Under the pieces are notes generated by a model. That model worked only from the letters and a program-made list of their open reading frames with translations, made no database searches and was not told the DNA's origin. From NCBI GenBank assembly GCA_002269645.1, contig NIVC01004106.1:1-60558 (forward strand): 60,558 bases of DNA. The letters are read 5' to 3'. The stretch is from Macrostomum lignano. Taxonomy: Eukaryota. The translations under genes and the position numbers were made by a program. This document shows positions 12,939 through 26,579 of this stretch, one piece after another. The first letter of the stretch is position 1. Every line of letters starts with the position of its first letter.

Positions 12939-13621
12939 TCCAATATACTAAAAATGGTCTGTCGGTATGTGTGTGTGTGTATGTGTGTGTGTGTGATCGA
13001 TTTTAGCAAAAACGGCTCAACCGATTTTCTTCGAACTTGCACTGTTCGATCAGAAATTTTCCCGTGACAGTACATGCATCGTGGCTAAGAAATTGCTTGA
13101 TGCTAAAGGGATTAAATATTCGAAAAACATGCTTTTTTGCAAAGGTCAAGCAGCTCTTTCGACTTGAAATGCATCGTAAGAATGCTAGCAGAAAAACTGA
13201 CTGGTTGAATTCTGATTCTGAAATAGATTGCATCACAATACACTTTATTTATCGTCTGTGTACTGGCTGAATTTGACACTCAATTGAATTGCGTCACAGC
13301 TTTGAGTGTGAAAGCATAGCGCAGTACTGAATTTATATTACGTAACCATATTGTAAACTTTCATAGACACTGGTACTGACTTGCCTAAGAAATTGATTAT
13401 GTCATAACTGCTTCGTGAGACTTTTTACTCTACCTGACTTGGTGTGAGTGTTGAATTATATAAGTGGTACAACATCACTGATAACTTCGATGAGAGCTAG
13501 CCTAGAGCTGAACAGACCAGACTGCTAATGCAGCGACCTAGGTTCGAATCTAAGTAGTTTAAAAGTAGTAGTGTAAAATTTTTTATTAAAAGGTTTATTA
13601 AAGGACTAAATAAAAACACTT

Positions 13622-15790
13622 AGATTACTGCACTCGATAAGCCAAGGATTATTGCTATTAATAAACCAAGGACTACTGCACTCGATAAACCAAGGACTAT
13701 TGCTCTTGGCAAACCAAAGATTACTGCACTTGATTAATCAAGGATTATTGCTATAAATAAACCAAGGATTACGGCACTTGGAAAACCAAGGATTACTGCA
13801 CTCGATAAACCAAGGACTATTGCTCTTGGCAAACCAAGGATTACTGCACTCAAGAAGCCAAGGATTATTGCACTTGGAAAACCAAGGATTACTGCACTCG
13901 ATAAACCAAGGACTATTGCACTTGATAGGCCAAAGATTACTGCGCTTGATAAACCAAGGATTATTGCACTTGATAAACCAAGGATTATTGCACTTGATAA
14001 GCCAAGGATTACTGCGCTTGATAAACCAAGGATTATTGCACTTGATAAACAAAGGATTATTGCACTTGATAAACAAAGGATTATTGCACTTGATAAACAA
14101 AGGATTATTGCACTTGATAAACCAAGGATTATTGCACTTGATAAGCCAAGGATTATTGCACTTGATAAGCCATGGATTATTGCACTTGATAGTAAAGAAT
14201 GTTGCACTTGATAAGCCAAGGATTAATGCACTGGATTATTCAAGGATTATTGATATTAATAAACCAAGGACTACTGCACTCGATAAACCAAGGATTATTG
14301 CTCTTAATAAACCAAGGATTACTGCACTTGGAAAACTAAGGATTACTGCACTCGATAAACCAAAGACTATTGCACTTGATAAACCAAGGATTATTGCACT
14401 TGATAGGCCAAGGATTACTGCACTTGATAAACCAAGGATTATTGCACTTGATAGGCCAAAGATTACTGCGCTTGATAAACCAAGGATTATTGCACTTGAT
14501 AAGCCAAGGATTATTGCACTTGATAAACCAAGGATTATTGCAGTTGATAAGCCAAGGATTATTGCATCTGATAAACCAAAGATTATTGCACTTGATAAAC
14601 CAAGGATTATTGCACTTGATAAACCAAGGATTATTGCACTTGATAGGCCAAAGATTACTGCGCTTGATAAACCAAGGATTATTGCACTTAATAAACCAAG
14701 GATTATTGCAGTTGATAAGCCAAGGATTATTGCATCTGATAAACCAAGGATTATTGCAGTTGATAAGCCAAGGATTATTGCATCTGATAAACCAAGGATT
14801 ATTGCACTTGATAAACCAAGGATTATTGCACTTGATAAACCAAGGATTATTGCACTTGATAAACCAAGGATTATTGCTCTTGGCAAACCAAGGATTACTG
14901 CACTCGATAAGCCAAGGATTATTGCTCTTAATAAACCAATGATTACTGCACTTGGAAAACTAAGGATTACTGCACTCGATAAACTAAGGATTATTGCTCT
15001 TGGCAAACCAAGGATTATTGCACTTGATAGGCCAAGGATTACTGCACTTGATAAACCAAGGATTATTGCACTTGATAAACCAAGGATTATTGCACTTGAT
15101 AAGCCAAGGATTATTGCACTTGATAGGCCAAGGATTACTGCGCTTGATAAACCAAGGACTATTGCACTTGATAAACCAAGGATTATTGCAGTTGATAAGC
15201 CAAGGATTATTGCACTTGATAAACCAAGGATTATTGCACTTGATAAACCAAGGATTATTGCACTTGATAAACCAAGGATTATTGCACTTGATAGGCCAAG
15301 GATTACTGCACTTGATAAACCAAGGATTATTGCACTTGATAGGCCAAAGATTACTGCGCTTGATAAACCAAGGATTATTGCAGTTGATAAGCCAAGGATT
15401 ATTGCACTTGATAAACCAAGGATTATTTCACTTGATAAACCAAGGATTATTGCACTTGATAAACAAATATTGCACTTGATAAACCAAGGATTATTGCACC
15501 TGATAAGCCAAGGATTACTGCGCTAGATAAACCAAGGATTATTGCACTTGATAAACCAAGGATTATTGCACTTAATAAACCAAGGATTATTGCACTTGAT
15601 AAACCAAGGATTATTGTAGTTGATAAACAAAGGATTATTGCACTTGATAAACCAAGGATTATTGCACTTGATAAGCCAAAGATTACTGCACTTGATAAAC
15701 CAAGGATTATTGCACTTGATAAACCAAGGATTATTGCACTTGATTAATCAAGGATTATTGCTATTAATAAACCAAGGATTATTGCACTAG
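13622..15790 (+). repeat. 24-bp minisatellite (gattattgcacttgataaaccaag)
   Basis: About 2.2 kb of tandem units; this is the source of the ALDKPRII-repeat ORFs. Confidence 0.95.
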
Positions 15791-15909
15791 CTGAGAAGCT
15801 GATTACTGCGCTGTCTAAAAAAGAGATTATTGCGCTCGCTGAGACGTGGATTGTTGCACAACCTGAGAAAGCGATTATTGCATTAGCGGAAGTAACATTT
15901 GCACTAGCT

Positions 15910-16305
15910 ACTTGCTGTCTCGTGGATGCTTGCTCTCGAGGGGGATACTTGCTATTTGGGAGAGGGGGTACTGGCTACATGCATGGGATTCTTTCTATCC
16001 AGGGATGCTTGCTATTCAGGGATTCTTGCTATCTGCAGGATGCTTGCTATTTAGGGATTCTTGCTATCTGCAGGATGCTTGCTATCTGGGTGGATGCTTC
16101 TATAATATCTGGGGGGTGCTTGCTATCTGCAGGATGCTTCTATAATATCTGGGGTGCTTGATATCTGCAGAATGCTTGCTATCTGAGTGGATGCTTGCTA
16201 TCTGGGTGGATGCTTCTATAATATCTGGGGGATGCTTGCTAATCTGCAGATGCTTGCTATCTGTGGTGATTCTTGCTATGAGCATTAGAGGATGCTTGCT
16301 ATCTG
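15910..16305 (+). repeat. Degenerate 18-bp repeat (ttgctatctgggggatgc family)
   Basis: Same unit as at 22520, 24470 and 30905; each array is preceded by gcactagctact. Confidence 0.8.
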
Positions 16306-18337
16306 CGATTGTTCACTTTTGGAGGGGGTTGCTTGCTGTCTTGGGAATATTTTCTATTTAGTGAAACGATATTTTGTTGACTGTTTGTTAATTTTAGAGA
16401 AAAAGTGATTTTTTAATTTTGCAAACATCTTAGTCCGTGACAATTTTACACGAATAAGGTGATTTTTAAAATGTGAAGAAGGAATTAGTGTTTAAGAAAA
16501 TGTGTTTTTTTATTGTTTTCCATGAACTATTTTTGCTCCTTTCTTATTGGGCGCCCCGAAGGGGGGCCGCACTAGATTGCTTTTGATTTTAAAAAACTGC
16601 TTCGTGTATTACTGATCCCATCAATGAGTACTGCCTAGCTCCATGAAAGTACGAAATTACTAAACTGCAGACAATGCTGCAAAATGCTGAGCTTTTCAAG
16701 ACTTTCCAGACTTAAATCTAATTTATAGATTTCACTTAACTGCGCATTGGCTCTGCCTGCATGCAAACCGTGCACTGAGCAGCCTATCACTGCTGTGTAT
16801 TTGACTGCAGTGCCAAAGCATATATGGCTGATTTTATCGCCCTCCGATCAATAGGCGGAGTAGCCGCACTGTAGGCACTAGGACCAGGTTTAGGATAGGC
16901 GTAAGGTCCCAGGTTAGAGTCTGCCTCGCAGCGGACAATTAAAATTGAACTAATTATTTATTTTAGCTTGTGCTTCGACTAATTGAAACTTTTATGCTTA
17001 ATTAACAAGGCACACTTAATGAACTACATGTATTTTTGCTGTTTGGCACAAGTTGATAAGCAAATTTGATTTGTAAAAAACTGCTTCGAGTACATGTATT
17101 ACGAGCGTACTGATCCCATCAATGGGTATATTGCCTAGCTCCATGAAAGTATGAAATTGCTAAACTGCAGACGATTCTGAAAAAAACTGCTGAAGGTATT
17201 GTTAAATGCTGAGTTTTGTAAGACTGCCGATATGTATGGAAAATTATTAGTGAGCCGTAAAATGCTGAGCAAATTGCAGTTTGCAGAGGAGACTGAGGAG
17301 CCGGCCGAGAGGAGAACTGCAGGCTGCTGAGAGAATGAATGAAAATCGTTAATGGTACAGTTGTAGACTGAAAATGAAATGACTGCAGACTGCTGAGGGG
17401 AACTGCAGACTGTCGAAGGGATCATTGCAGATTGCAAAAGGGAAACAACTGCAAACTGCTGAGGTAGTTCCTCCAGACGTATGAGCGTATAGCTGCAGAC
17501 TGCTGAGAGGGAAAACTGCGGACTAATTGGAGGATAATGGCAGACTTCTGAGGCTAATAACTATAACTATTGAGTTTTGAGTGGATATTAACTGTGGAAG
17601 ATTAAGTGCAAGTTGTTTAGGGGATTACTGCGGCCTGCTAAGTGAAATATTTTTTGCTAAGGGGACAATTTTATTGCCGCTGAGGGTATACATGCTTAAT
17701 TTTAATAAAAGTTGTCGAATGCAAAGTGGATGATAAATGCCGGCTGCTAAGAAATAACTGCAGTCTTTTTGCGGGATTAGATGAAGGGATAATTTCAGGT
17801 TGTTGTGGGGATAAATGCCGATTTCCGGGGGTTAACTTCAAACGACTGAAGTTGCTAAACTAGATTATTTCGACCACATGTCAATAGGCACAATAGCCGC
17901 AGTAGGCAGGCAGTATCAAGCAGAAGCAAACAGAATGCTTTGATGTCAGCAGTTCGAGCCTGCATTGAAGCAGCGAATTTATCTTTGTGACCTGTGACAA
18001 TAATGATTGCATCCTATGCAGATTCATGGAGATGTTAAACACTTAAATTTAAAGATTTAAGAAATTTAAATTTATTTAAATTTAAATTAAATTTATTTAA
18101 AGCTGGGGCTGCGTTAGCCTTCTAGAGCAGTGCTAATCTGCTGTAAGTGCTAATTTGCAAAGGGTCTAATCTGGGTGAGCAGTGCTAATCTGACGTACAA
18201 TGAATTAATAAATATGCAAGAGAATTGCAAATCAATTTTAAACTGCAAGTTGCAAACATTTCAAATGGTTTCGATTATTGAGAAGCATATGGAGATCAGT
18301 AGCCATCTGCTCCCAGATTTTGCGGAACAGTGCCGGT

Positions 18338-18520
18338 GAACCATTGCTAAACTGCTGGTGAATCATTGCTAAACTGCTGGTGAACCATTGCTAAACTGCT
18401 GGTGAACCATTGCTAAACTGCTGGTGAATCATTGCTAAACTGCTGGTGAACCATTGCTAAACTGCTGGTGAACCATCGCTAAAGTGATGGTAAACCATTG
18501 CTAAAGTGATGGTAAACCAC
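18338..18520 (+). repeat. 22-bp minisatellite (aaccattgctaaactgctggtg)
   Basis: About 8 tandem units. Confidence 0.88.
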
Positions 18521-18639
18521 TGTAAGTTTTTAAAAAATGCTACTTTAAACAGAAGAAAACTCAACACAAGAAAAAGCGACAAAAGAATCATCATGTCAAC
18601 CATAAAAGAAGCGGTCTGTCGAGAATAAAATACTCAATG

Positions 18640-20740
18640 TGAATTGCTAAGATGTCAAGGCTGGTATGGAAAATTTCTGTGATATCAAGACTCATGGGAG
18701 AATTTCTAAGATCTCAAGGCTCAGCGGTAATTGCTATAATGATGTGATTCTGGGGAGAATTGCTTTGATTTCAAAGCTTAAGTTCAATTGCTGCGACGTC
18801 GATCTTAATGAGGGAATTTCTGAGATGTCAAGGCTTACTGGGGAATTATTGAGATTTCAAGGCTTACTGGGCCATGGGCCAGATCAAGGCCCATGAGAGA
18901 AATTCTGAGATGTCTTGTCAAGTCTCAGAGGGAAATTCCTATACTGATGTGATTCTGGGCAGAATTGCTTTGATTTCAAATTCCATTTGAGAAATTTCTG
19001 AGGTATCAAGGCTCATTAAAATTATTTGCTGTCAAGGCTCATGGAAATAATTTCTGGAATGCTGTGGCTCTTGAGGGAATTGCCGACATTGTTAGGGTAA
19101 GAGTAAGACGTAAACCATATAAATGAATAGGCCTGTCTAACATTAAATACTCATTGGGGAATTGCTAAGTTGTAAAGGCTCGTGGGGGGGATATCCGACT
19201 TATAACGTGGCTCAATGCTCAGGGGGATTGTTGTGATTGCAGTACCTGCTCATATTGCGAAATTTTGTGGCTCAAATAGGAGTTGCTGAGATATCAAGGC
19301 TCATTGGGGAATAGCTGAGATTTCAAAGCTCACGGGGGATCCCTGTAATGCTGTAGGCTGTGACTCTTGGGTATTGCTGAGATGCTAAGGTTCACGGGGG
19401 AATGACTGAGATTTCAAAGGCTCCTAAAGCGAATAGCTGAAATTCACGAAATGTCAAGGTTCATTGGGTATTTGTTGAAATGCTGTGGTTTACAGTGGGA
19501 ATTGCTGAAATGCTGTGACTTGGCAGGGTTAGTTTTCAACCATAAGACTCATGTGAAAGTGCCAAGATATCAAAAGGTTAGTCGCTAAATTTTCATGCTC
19601 ATGGGAAAATTGCTATGATTGTAAAAGCTCATTGGGGAATTTTTGAAATTCTTGGGCTGAGAGGGGGAGTTGCTGAAATGCTGTGACTCGGCTGCAGGTT
19701 AAGGGTTAGGGTTTGAGTTTAATTATAGAGCGATCGTCGTGTCAATCATAAATGATTCATCAAGGAATTTCAAAGATTAAAGGGGCGAATTAGTTATATG
19801 CTTTGGCTCTTCGGGAATTGCTGACAGTTCAAGGCTTTCGGTGAAATTTAGATTTCAAAGCTTATGAGGAAGTTACTTAAATGCTCAGGCTCAAGGCTCA
19901 CGGGGGAGATTGCTAACATGCCAAGACTCACTTATGGGTTAGGGTTAGGGGCTTAGGGTCAGTTTTGGTTCAATCATAGAATAACCATTCTGTTAACCAT
20001 CAACCAAGGACTTGCCATCAACTAAAGACTTGCTAAGATGGGAGTTGCTAAGATATCAAAGCTCATGGATGGAATCGCTGAGTTGACAAGGCTCATGAAG
20101 AAATTGCTGAGATATCAAGGCTCATAAGGGGATTGCTGAATTCTTGGGGGAGGGGAGTTGGGTTGTTGGGATGTCAAGGCTTACTCAGCTGAGAGAACTG
20201 CGTAGATGTCAAGGCTCGAGTTTAATTGCTGCGATGTCGATGCTTAATGGGGGAACTGCTGAGATGTCAAGTCTTACTGGGAATTGCTAAAATGTGAAGG
20301 CTTTCTGGGGGAATGCTGAGATTTCAAGGCTTACTGGGGAAATGCTTAGATTTCAAGGCTTACTGGGGGAATTCCTCAGATGTCAAGGCTTATTGGGGGA
20401 ATTGCTGAGATGTTAAGGCTTACTGGGGGAATTGCAGCGATTTCAAGGCTTACTGCGGCAATTGCTAAGATGTGTATTCTTTCTGGGGGAATTGCTAAGA
20501 TTTCAAGGCTTACTGGGAGAATCGCTGAGATGTCAATGCTTACTGGGGGAATTGCTGAGATCTCAAGGCTTCTCAGCAATTCTTAGCAAGTATTTTAGCA
20601 ATTGTTAGCTAAGTATTCTTAGCAATTCTTAGCAATTCTTGTCAAGGCTTACTGGGGGAATTGCTGAGATTTCAAGGCTTACTGGGGGAATTGCTGAGAT
20701 GTCAAGGCTTACTGGGGGGAATTGCTAAGATGACAAGGCT
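18640..20740 (+). repeat. Degenerate ~30-bp repeat array (ctgagatgtcaaggcttactgggggaattg)
   Basis: Homogeneous at ~20250-20730, degenerate upstream; similar units at ~12000-12860. Confidence 0.8.
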
Positions 20741-21255
20741 CATGGACGATGGCTGAATTGTTGGGGGTGTTAGGTTGTTGGGCGATTGTCAGATAGTCAG
20801 GTAGTACGGCTGAAGTAGCTCATGTAATTCAGATAATGAAATAGTACACACAAGTGATGCTGATTTCTGCTAATAGGAAATACCAGCGCATTTATTAAAG
20901 GTTTCATTCTTTGATTTAGGCTAATTAAAAGAGAGGGTCTAAGGCCGTCAGTGATTTGCATATTTGGTGCAGATAAGAATATGCCCCGGCCAGCGACGAT
21001 ATGCACTAAGAGTTTGTGCTTGAAAGGATCAGCACTATTTGCTGATTGAGAAAGGGTTTTGGGCTGATGAAGGAAACTTTTTTGGCTGATGAAAGTTCTG
21101 ATTCATGGCAATTTATTTTTGCCAAAATGAGAAAAGGTAATTTTTGATTAATGGAAATCAACATTTTGGATAATTATAGTAAGGTTACTCTTGTGTCAAA
21201 ATAAAAACCAATTGGTGTCATTTTAGGGCTCCCCAGCGGGGGGCTAAATGGCTAG

Positions 21256-24200
21256 TCCTATATACTAAAAATGAGTTGTCTGTGGGTGGGTAGGTATGCG
21301 ATAGATTTCAGAAAAAATGGCTCAACCGATTTTCTTCAAACTTGCACCATTCGATCAGAAATTTTCCTGGGACGGTACATGTATCTTGGCTAAGAAATTG
21401 CTCAATGTTAAAGGGATTAAATATTCGAAAAACATGCTTTTTTGCAAAGGTCAAGCCAAATTTTCGACTTGAAATGCATTGTAAGAATGCTAGAGAAAAA
21501 ACTGACTGACTGAATTCCGATTGTGATAAAGATTGCATCACAACAAGTTGAAAACAGTGCCGAAGAAATGCACACACGACTTGATTTAAATTGCGTAACC
21601 ATATTGCTAACTTAAATTGAGACTGATACTGGCTGACTGAGAAATTGATTATGTCATAACTTTTTACTCCGATTGACTTGCTGTAAGAATTGAATTATAA
21701 GGGCCACAACTCATGTTCTCCAATTGAAAAGAGATAGCCCTGATGCGAACAGACTGGAATGCTAATGTAGCAACCTGGGTTCGAATCTTAGTAGTACAAA
21801 AAGATTTTTTTTATTAAAACACCTTAAAAACACAACAAAACTGCTAAACATCAAAGAAGCGCAATGTCAAACATAGAAGAGCCAACATATCGAACATAAA
21901 AGAGTTACCATATCAAACATAGAAGAGCCACCATGTCGAACATTAAAGAGCCACCATGTCAAACATAAAAGAGTCACCATTTCGAACATTAAAGAGCCAC
22001 CACGTCGAACATTAAAGTGCCACCATGTCAAACATTAAAGCGCCATCATGTCAAACATGTATGTGACTGCATGTCAAACACTAAAGAGCCACTATTTCGA
22101 ACATTAAAGAGCTACCATGTCAAACATAAAAGAGCCACCATGTCGAACATTAAAGAGCCACCATGTCGAACATTAAAGAGCCACCATGTAGAATATTAAA
22201 GAGCCACTATGTCAAACATTAAGGAGCCACTATGTCAAACGTAAAAGTGACTTTATGTCAAACATATCAGTGTTTTTTGTCAGACATTAAAGAAGCACCA
22301 TTTCGAACATTAAAAAGCCACCATTTCGAATATTAAAGAGCCACCATGTCAAACATTAAAGAGCCACCATGTCAAACATAAGAGAGCCACCATGTCAAGC
22401 ATAAAATATACACAATTTCAAACGTAAAACTATTGCCAGCCAATGCCAATTTTTAGTCATGCCAATTTTTAAGGAGCCACTATAAAGCTAAGGAAATTGT
22501 CGCACTAGCTACTTTTGTCTGGTGGATGCTTGCTATTTGGGGATACTTGCTATCTGGGGGATGCTTGCTATCTGGGGGATGCTTGCTATCTGGGGGATGC
22601 TTGCTTGCTATCTGGGGGATGCTTGCTATCTGGGGGATGCTTGCTATCTGGGGGATGCTTGCTATCTGGGGGATGCTTGCTATCTGGGGGATGCTTGCTA
22701 TCTGGGGGATGCTTGCAATCTGGGGGATGCTTGTTATCTGGGATGCTTGCTATCTGGGGGATGCTTGCTATCTGGGGGATGCTTGCTATCTGGGGGATGC
22801 TTGCTATATGGGGGATGCTTGCTATCTGGGGGATGCTTGCTATCTAGGATGCTTGCTATCTGGGGGATACTTGCTATCTGGGGGATGCTTGCTATTTGGG
22901 GGATGCTTGCTATCCGAGGAATGCTTGCTATTTGGGGAATGCTTGCTATCTGGGGGATGTTTGCTATCTGGGGGATGCTTGCTATCTGGGGGGTGCTTGC
23001 TATCTGGGTGATGCTTGCTGTCTTGGGATGATTTCTTTTTGCATTGCACTTCATTTGAGCAGTTTGTCGGTTTTCTTTGTGAAGGTTTTTTGTATGTCGA
23101 ATATTAAACAGCCACCATGTCAAACATATACGTGACTACATGTCAAACATAAAAGAGACACCATGTCGACATAAAAGAGCCACCATGTCGAACATTAAAG
23201 AGCCACCATGTCAAACATTAAAGAGCCAACATGACAAACATTAAAGAGCCACCATGTAAACATTAAAGAGCCACCATGTCGAACATTAAAGAGCCACCAT
23301 GTCAAACATAAAAGAGCCACTATGTCAAAAAACACGTGACTTTATGTCAAACATAAAAGAGCCACCATGTGAAACATACACGTGACTCCATCTCAAACAT
23401 AAAGAGCCACTATGTCAAACATAAAAGAGCTACCATGTCAGACATAAAAGAGCTACCATGTCAAATATACAAAAGCCATCATGTCAAACATAAAACAGCC
23501 ACATATACGTGACTTAATGTCAAACCTTAAGGAGCCACCATGTCGAACATTAAAGAGCCACCATGTCAAACATAAAAGAGCCACCATGCCAAACATAAAA
23601 GACCCACCATGTCGAACATTAAAGAGCCACCATGTCAAACACAAAAGAGCGACCATGTTAAACATATACGTGACTCCATGTCAAACATTAAAGCGCCATC
23701 ATGTCAAACATATATGTGACTGCATGTCAATCATAAAAGAGCCACCATAGAGAACATTTAAGAGCCACCATGTCAAACATTAAAGAGCTACCATGTCAAA
23801 CATAGAAGAGCCACCATGTTAAACATAAAAGAGCCACCATGCCAAACATAAAAGAGCCACCATGTCAAACAACTAAGCCACCATGTCAAACAAAGAAGAG
23901 ACACCATGTCAAACATAGAAGAGACACCATGTAAAACATAAAAGAGCCACCATGTAAAATATAAAAGAGCTACCATGTAAAATATAAAAGGGCCATCATG
24001 TCAAACATTTACGTGACCTAATGTCAAACATTAAAGAGCCACCATGTCGAACATTAAAGAGCCACCATGTTAAACATAAAAGAGCCACCATGCCAAACAT
24101 AAAAGAGCCACCATGTCAAATATATACGTGACTCCATGTCAAACATTAAAGCGCCATCATGTCAAACATATATGTGACTGCATGTCAAACATAAAAGAGC

Positions 24201-24983
24201 CACCATGTCAAACAACAAAGCCACCATACATGTTAAACAAAGAAGAGACACCATGTCAAACATAGAAGAGCCACCATGTCAAACATAACAGAGACAACAT
24301 TTCAAACGTAAAAGGGCCGTCATGGTAAACATAGAAGAGCCACTATGTCAACATTAAAGAGCCACCTTTTTAAACAAAAAAGAGACACCGTTTCAAGCAT
24401 AAAAGAAGTGTCATGCCAAACAAAATGGAGCCACTATAAATCTAAGGAAATTGTTGCACTAGCTACTTTCTCTGGTGGATGCTTGCTATTTAAGGATGGA
24501 TACTTGCTATCAAGGGGATGCTTGCTATCGGAAGGATGCTTGCTACTGGGGTAACTTGCTATTGGGAGATGCTTGCTCTTGGGGCGTGGAGGGTACTTGC
24601 TATCTAAGAGGGGGTTGCTAGATATCTAGAAGGTCTCTTTGTATCCAGGTTATGCTTGCTATCTGGGGTTGCTTGCGGTCTGGGGGATGCTTACTATCTG
24701 GGGTCTGGGGGATGCTTGCTATCTGGGGGATGCTTGCTAGCTGGGGTTGCTTGCTATCGAGGGGATGCTTGCTATCTGGGGGATGCTTGCAGTCTGGAGG
24801 ATTTCGCTATTTGGGGATCGATGCTTGAATGCTGTCTGAGGATGCTTGCTGTCTTAGGATGTTTTGTTTTTAGAGGGAATGTCTGTTGTTTTTTATGAAG
24901 GCTTTATTTCGCTGTCTATTTGTTATTTGTAAAGAACAAGGATTCTATCCAGATGTCCCCCAACGGGGGGCGAAGATTGCTAG
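21256..24983 (+). mobile_element. Non-autonomous Helitron family A, copy 3
   Basis: CTAG|TCCTATATACTAAAAATG junction; shared core; 22-bp, 18-bp, 22-bp, 18-bp arrays in series; ends ccccc-aac-gggggg..CTAG. Confidence 0.85.
22520..23030 (+). repeat. 18-bp minisatellite (ttgctatctgggggatgc); further blocks at ~24470-24850 and ~30905-31055
   Basis: Direct tandem copies; source of the GGCLLS and GDACYL ORFs. Confidence 0.92.
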
Positions 24984-26579
24984 TCCTATATACTAAAAAT
25001 GAGTTGTCTGTATGTGGGTAGGTATGCGATAGATTTCAGAAAAAATGGCTCAACCGATTTTCTTCAAACTTGCACCATTTGATCAGAAATTTTCCTGGGA
25101 CGGTACATGCATCTTGGCTAAGAAATTGCTCAATGTTAAAGGGATTAAATATTCGAAAAACCTGCTTTTTGCAAAGGTCAAGCAGCTCTTTCGACCTAAA
25201 ATTCATTGTAAGAATGCTAGAGAAAAAACTGACTGGCTGAATTCCGATTGTGATAAATATTGCATCACAACAAGTTGAAAACAGTGCCGAAGAAATGCAC
25301 ACACGACTTGAATGAAATTGCGTAACCATATTGCTAACTCAATTTGAGACTGATACTGGCTGACTGAGAAATTGATTATGTCATAACTTTTTACTTTAAT
25401 TGACTTGCTGTAAGAATTGAATTATAAGGGCCACAATTCACGTTCTCCAATTGAAAAGAGATAGCCAAGATGCGAACTGACTGGAATGCTAATGTAGCGA
25501 CCTGGGTTCGAATCTTAGTAGTGCAAAAAGATTTTTTTATCAAAACACCTTAAAAACACAACAAAACTGCTAAACATAATAGAAGCGCAATGTCAAACAT
25601 AGAAGAGCCACCATGTCGAACATTAAAGAGCCAACATTTCGAATATAAAAGAGTTACCATGTCAAACATAAAATAAGCACTATGTCAAACATATACGTGA
25701 CTCCATGTCAACGATTAAAAAGCCACCATTTCAAACATAGAAGAGCCACTATGTCAAACCTATACAAGCCACCACGTCTAACATTTAAGAGCCACCATGT
25801 CAAACATTTAAGAGCCACCATGTCAAACATTTAAGAGCCCCCATGTCAAACATTTAAGAGCCACCATGTCAAACATTTAAGAGCCACCATGTCAAACATA
25901 TATGTGACTTTATGTCAAACTTTAAAGAGCCACCATTTCGAACATTAAATAGCCACTTTGTCAAACATTAGAGAGCCGCCGTGTCAAACATAAAAGAGCC
26001 ACCAGGTTAAACATTAAAGAGCCACCATGTCAAACAATAAAGAGCCACCGTGTCATACATAGAAGAGCCACCATGTAAAACATTTAGGAGTCACCATATC
26101 AAACATCAAATAGCCACTTTGTCGAAAATTAAAGAGCCACCGTGTCAAACATAAAAGAGCCACCATGTTAAACATAGAAGAGCCACCATGTCAGACATTA
26201 AAAAGCCACCGTATCAAACATAAAAGAGTTACCATGTCGAACAAAAAACAGCCACCATGTCGAACATAAAAGAGCCACCATGTAGAATATTAAAGAGCCA
26301 CCATGAAGAACATTAAAGAGCCACCATGTCAAACATAAAAGAGCCACCATGTCAGACATTAAAAAGCCACCGTATCAAACATAAAAGAGTTACCATGTAG
26401 AACATTCAAGAGCCACCATTTCAAACAGTAAAGAGCCACCATGTCAAACATTAAAAAGCCACCATGTCAAACATAAAAGAGCCACCATGTAGAATATTAA
26501 AGAGCCACCATGAAGAACATTAAAGAGCCACCATGTCAAACATTTAAGAGCCACCATGTCAAACATTTAAGAGCCACCA

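Larger units (their letters stand above)
12939..16575 (+). mobile_element. Non-autonomous Helitron family A, copy 2 (may extend to 21255)
   Basis: TCCAATATACTAAAAATG directly after the previous CTAG; (GT)n tract; shared core; 24-bp and 18-bp repeats; gcccc-gaa-gggggg hairpin and CTAG at 16572-16575. Confidence 0.75.
16576..21255 (+). mobile_element. Composite Helitron-derived segment ending in a family-A-type terminator
   Basis: Contains a ~120-bp duplication (~16590 and ~17075), a 22-bp array and a 30-bp array related to repeats in copy 1; ends cccc-agc-gggggg..CTAG at 21255. No 5' TC end identified. Confidence 0.55.

Noticed and set aside
13490-13560. Functional tRNA gene (also the ggttcgagtcc motif at ~10702)
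   Set aside because: Only T-loop/B-box similarity; acceptor and anticodon stems do not pair.
13734-15526. Long ORFs (582 aa ALDKPRII, LHLINQG, LGLSSAII) as proteins
   Set aside because: They are translations of a 24-bp minisatellite inside a non-autonomous Helitron; no unique domain is present.
22515-23135. GGCLLS and GDACYL Cys-rich repeat ORFs (also 15912-16361, 24345-24898, 30900-31124)
   Set aside because: Translations of the 18-bp minisatellite.
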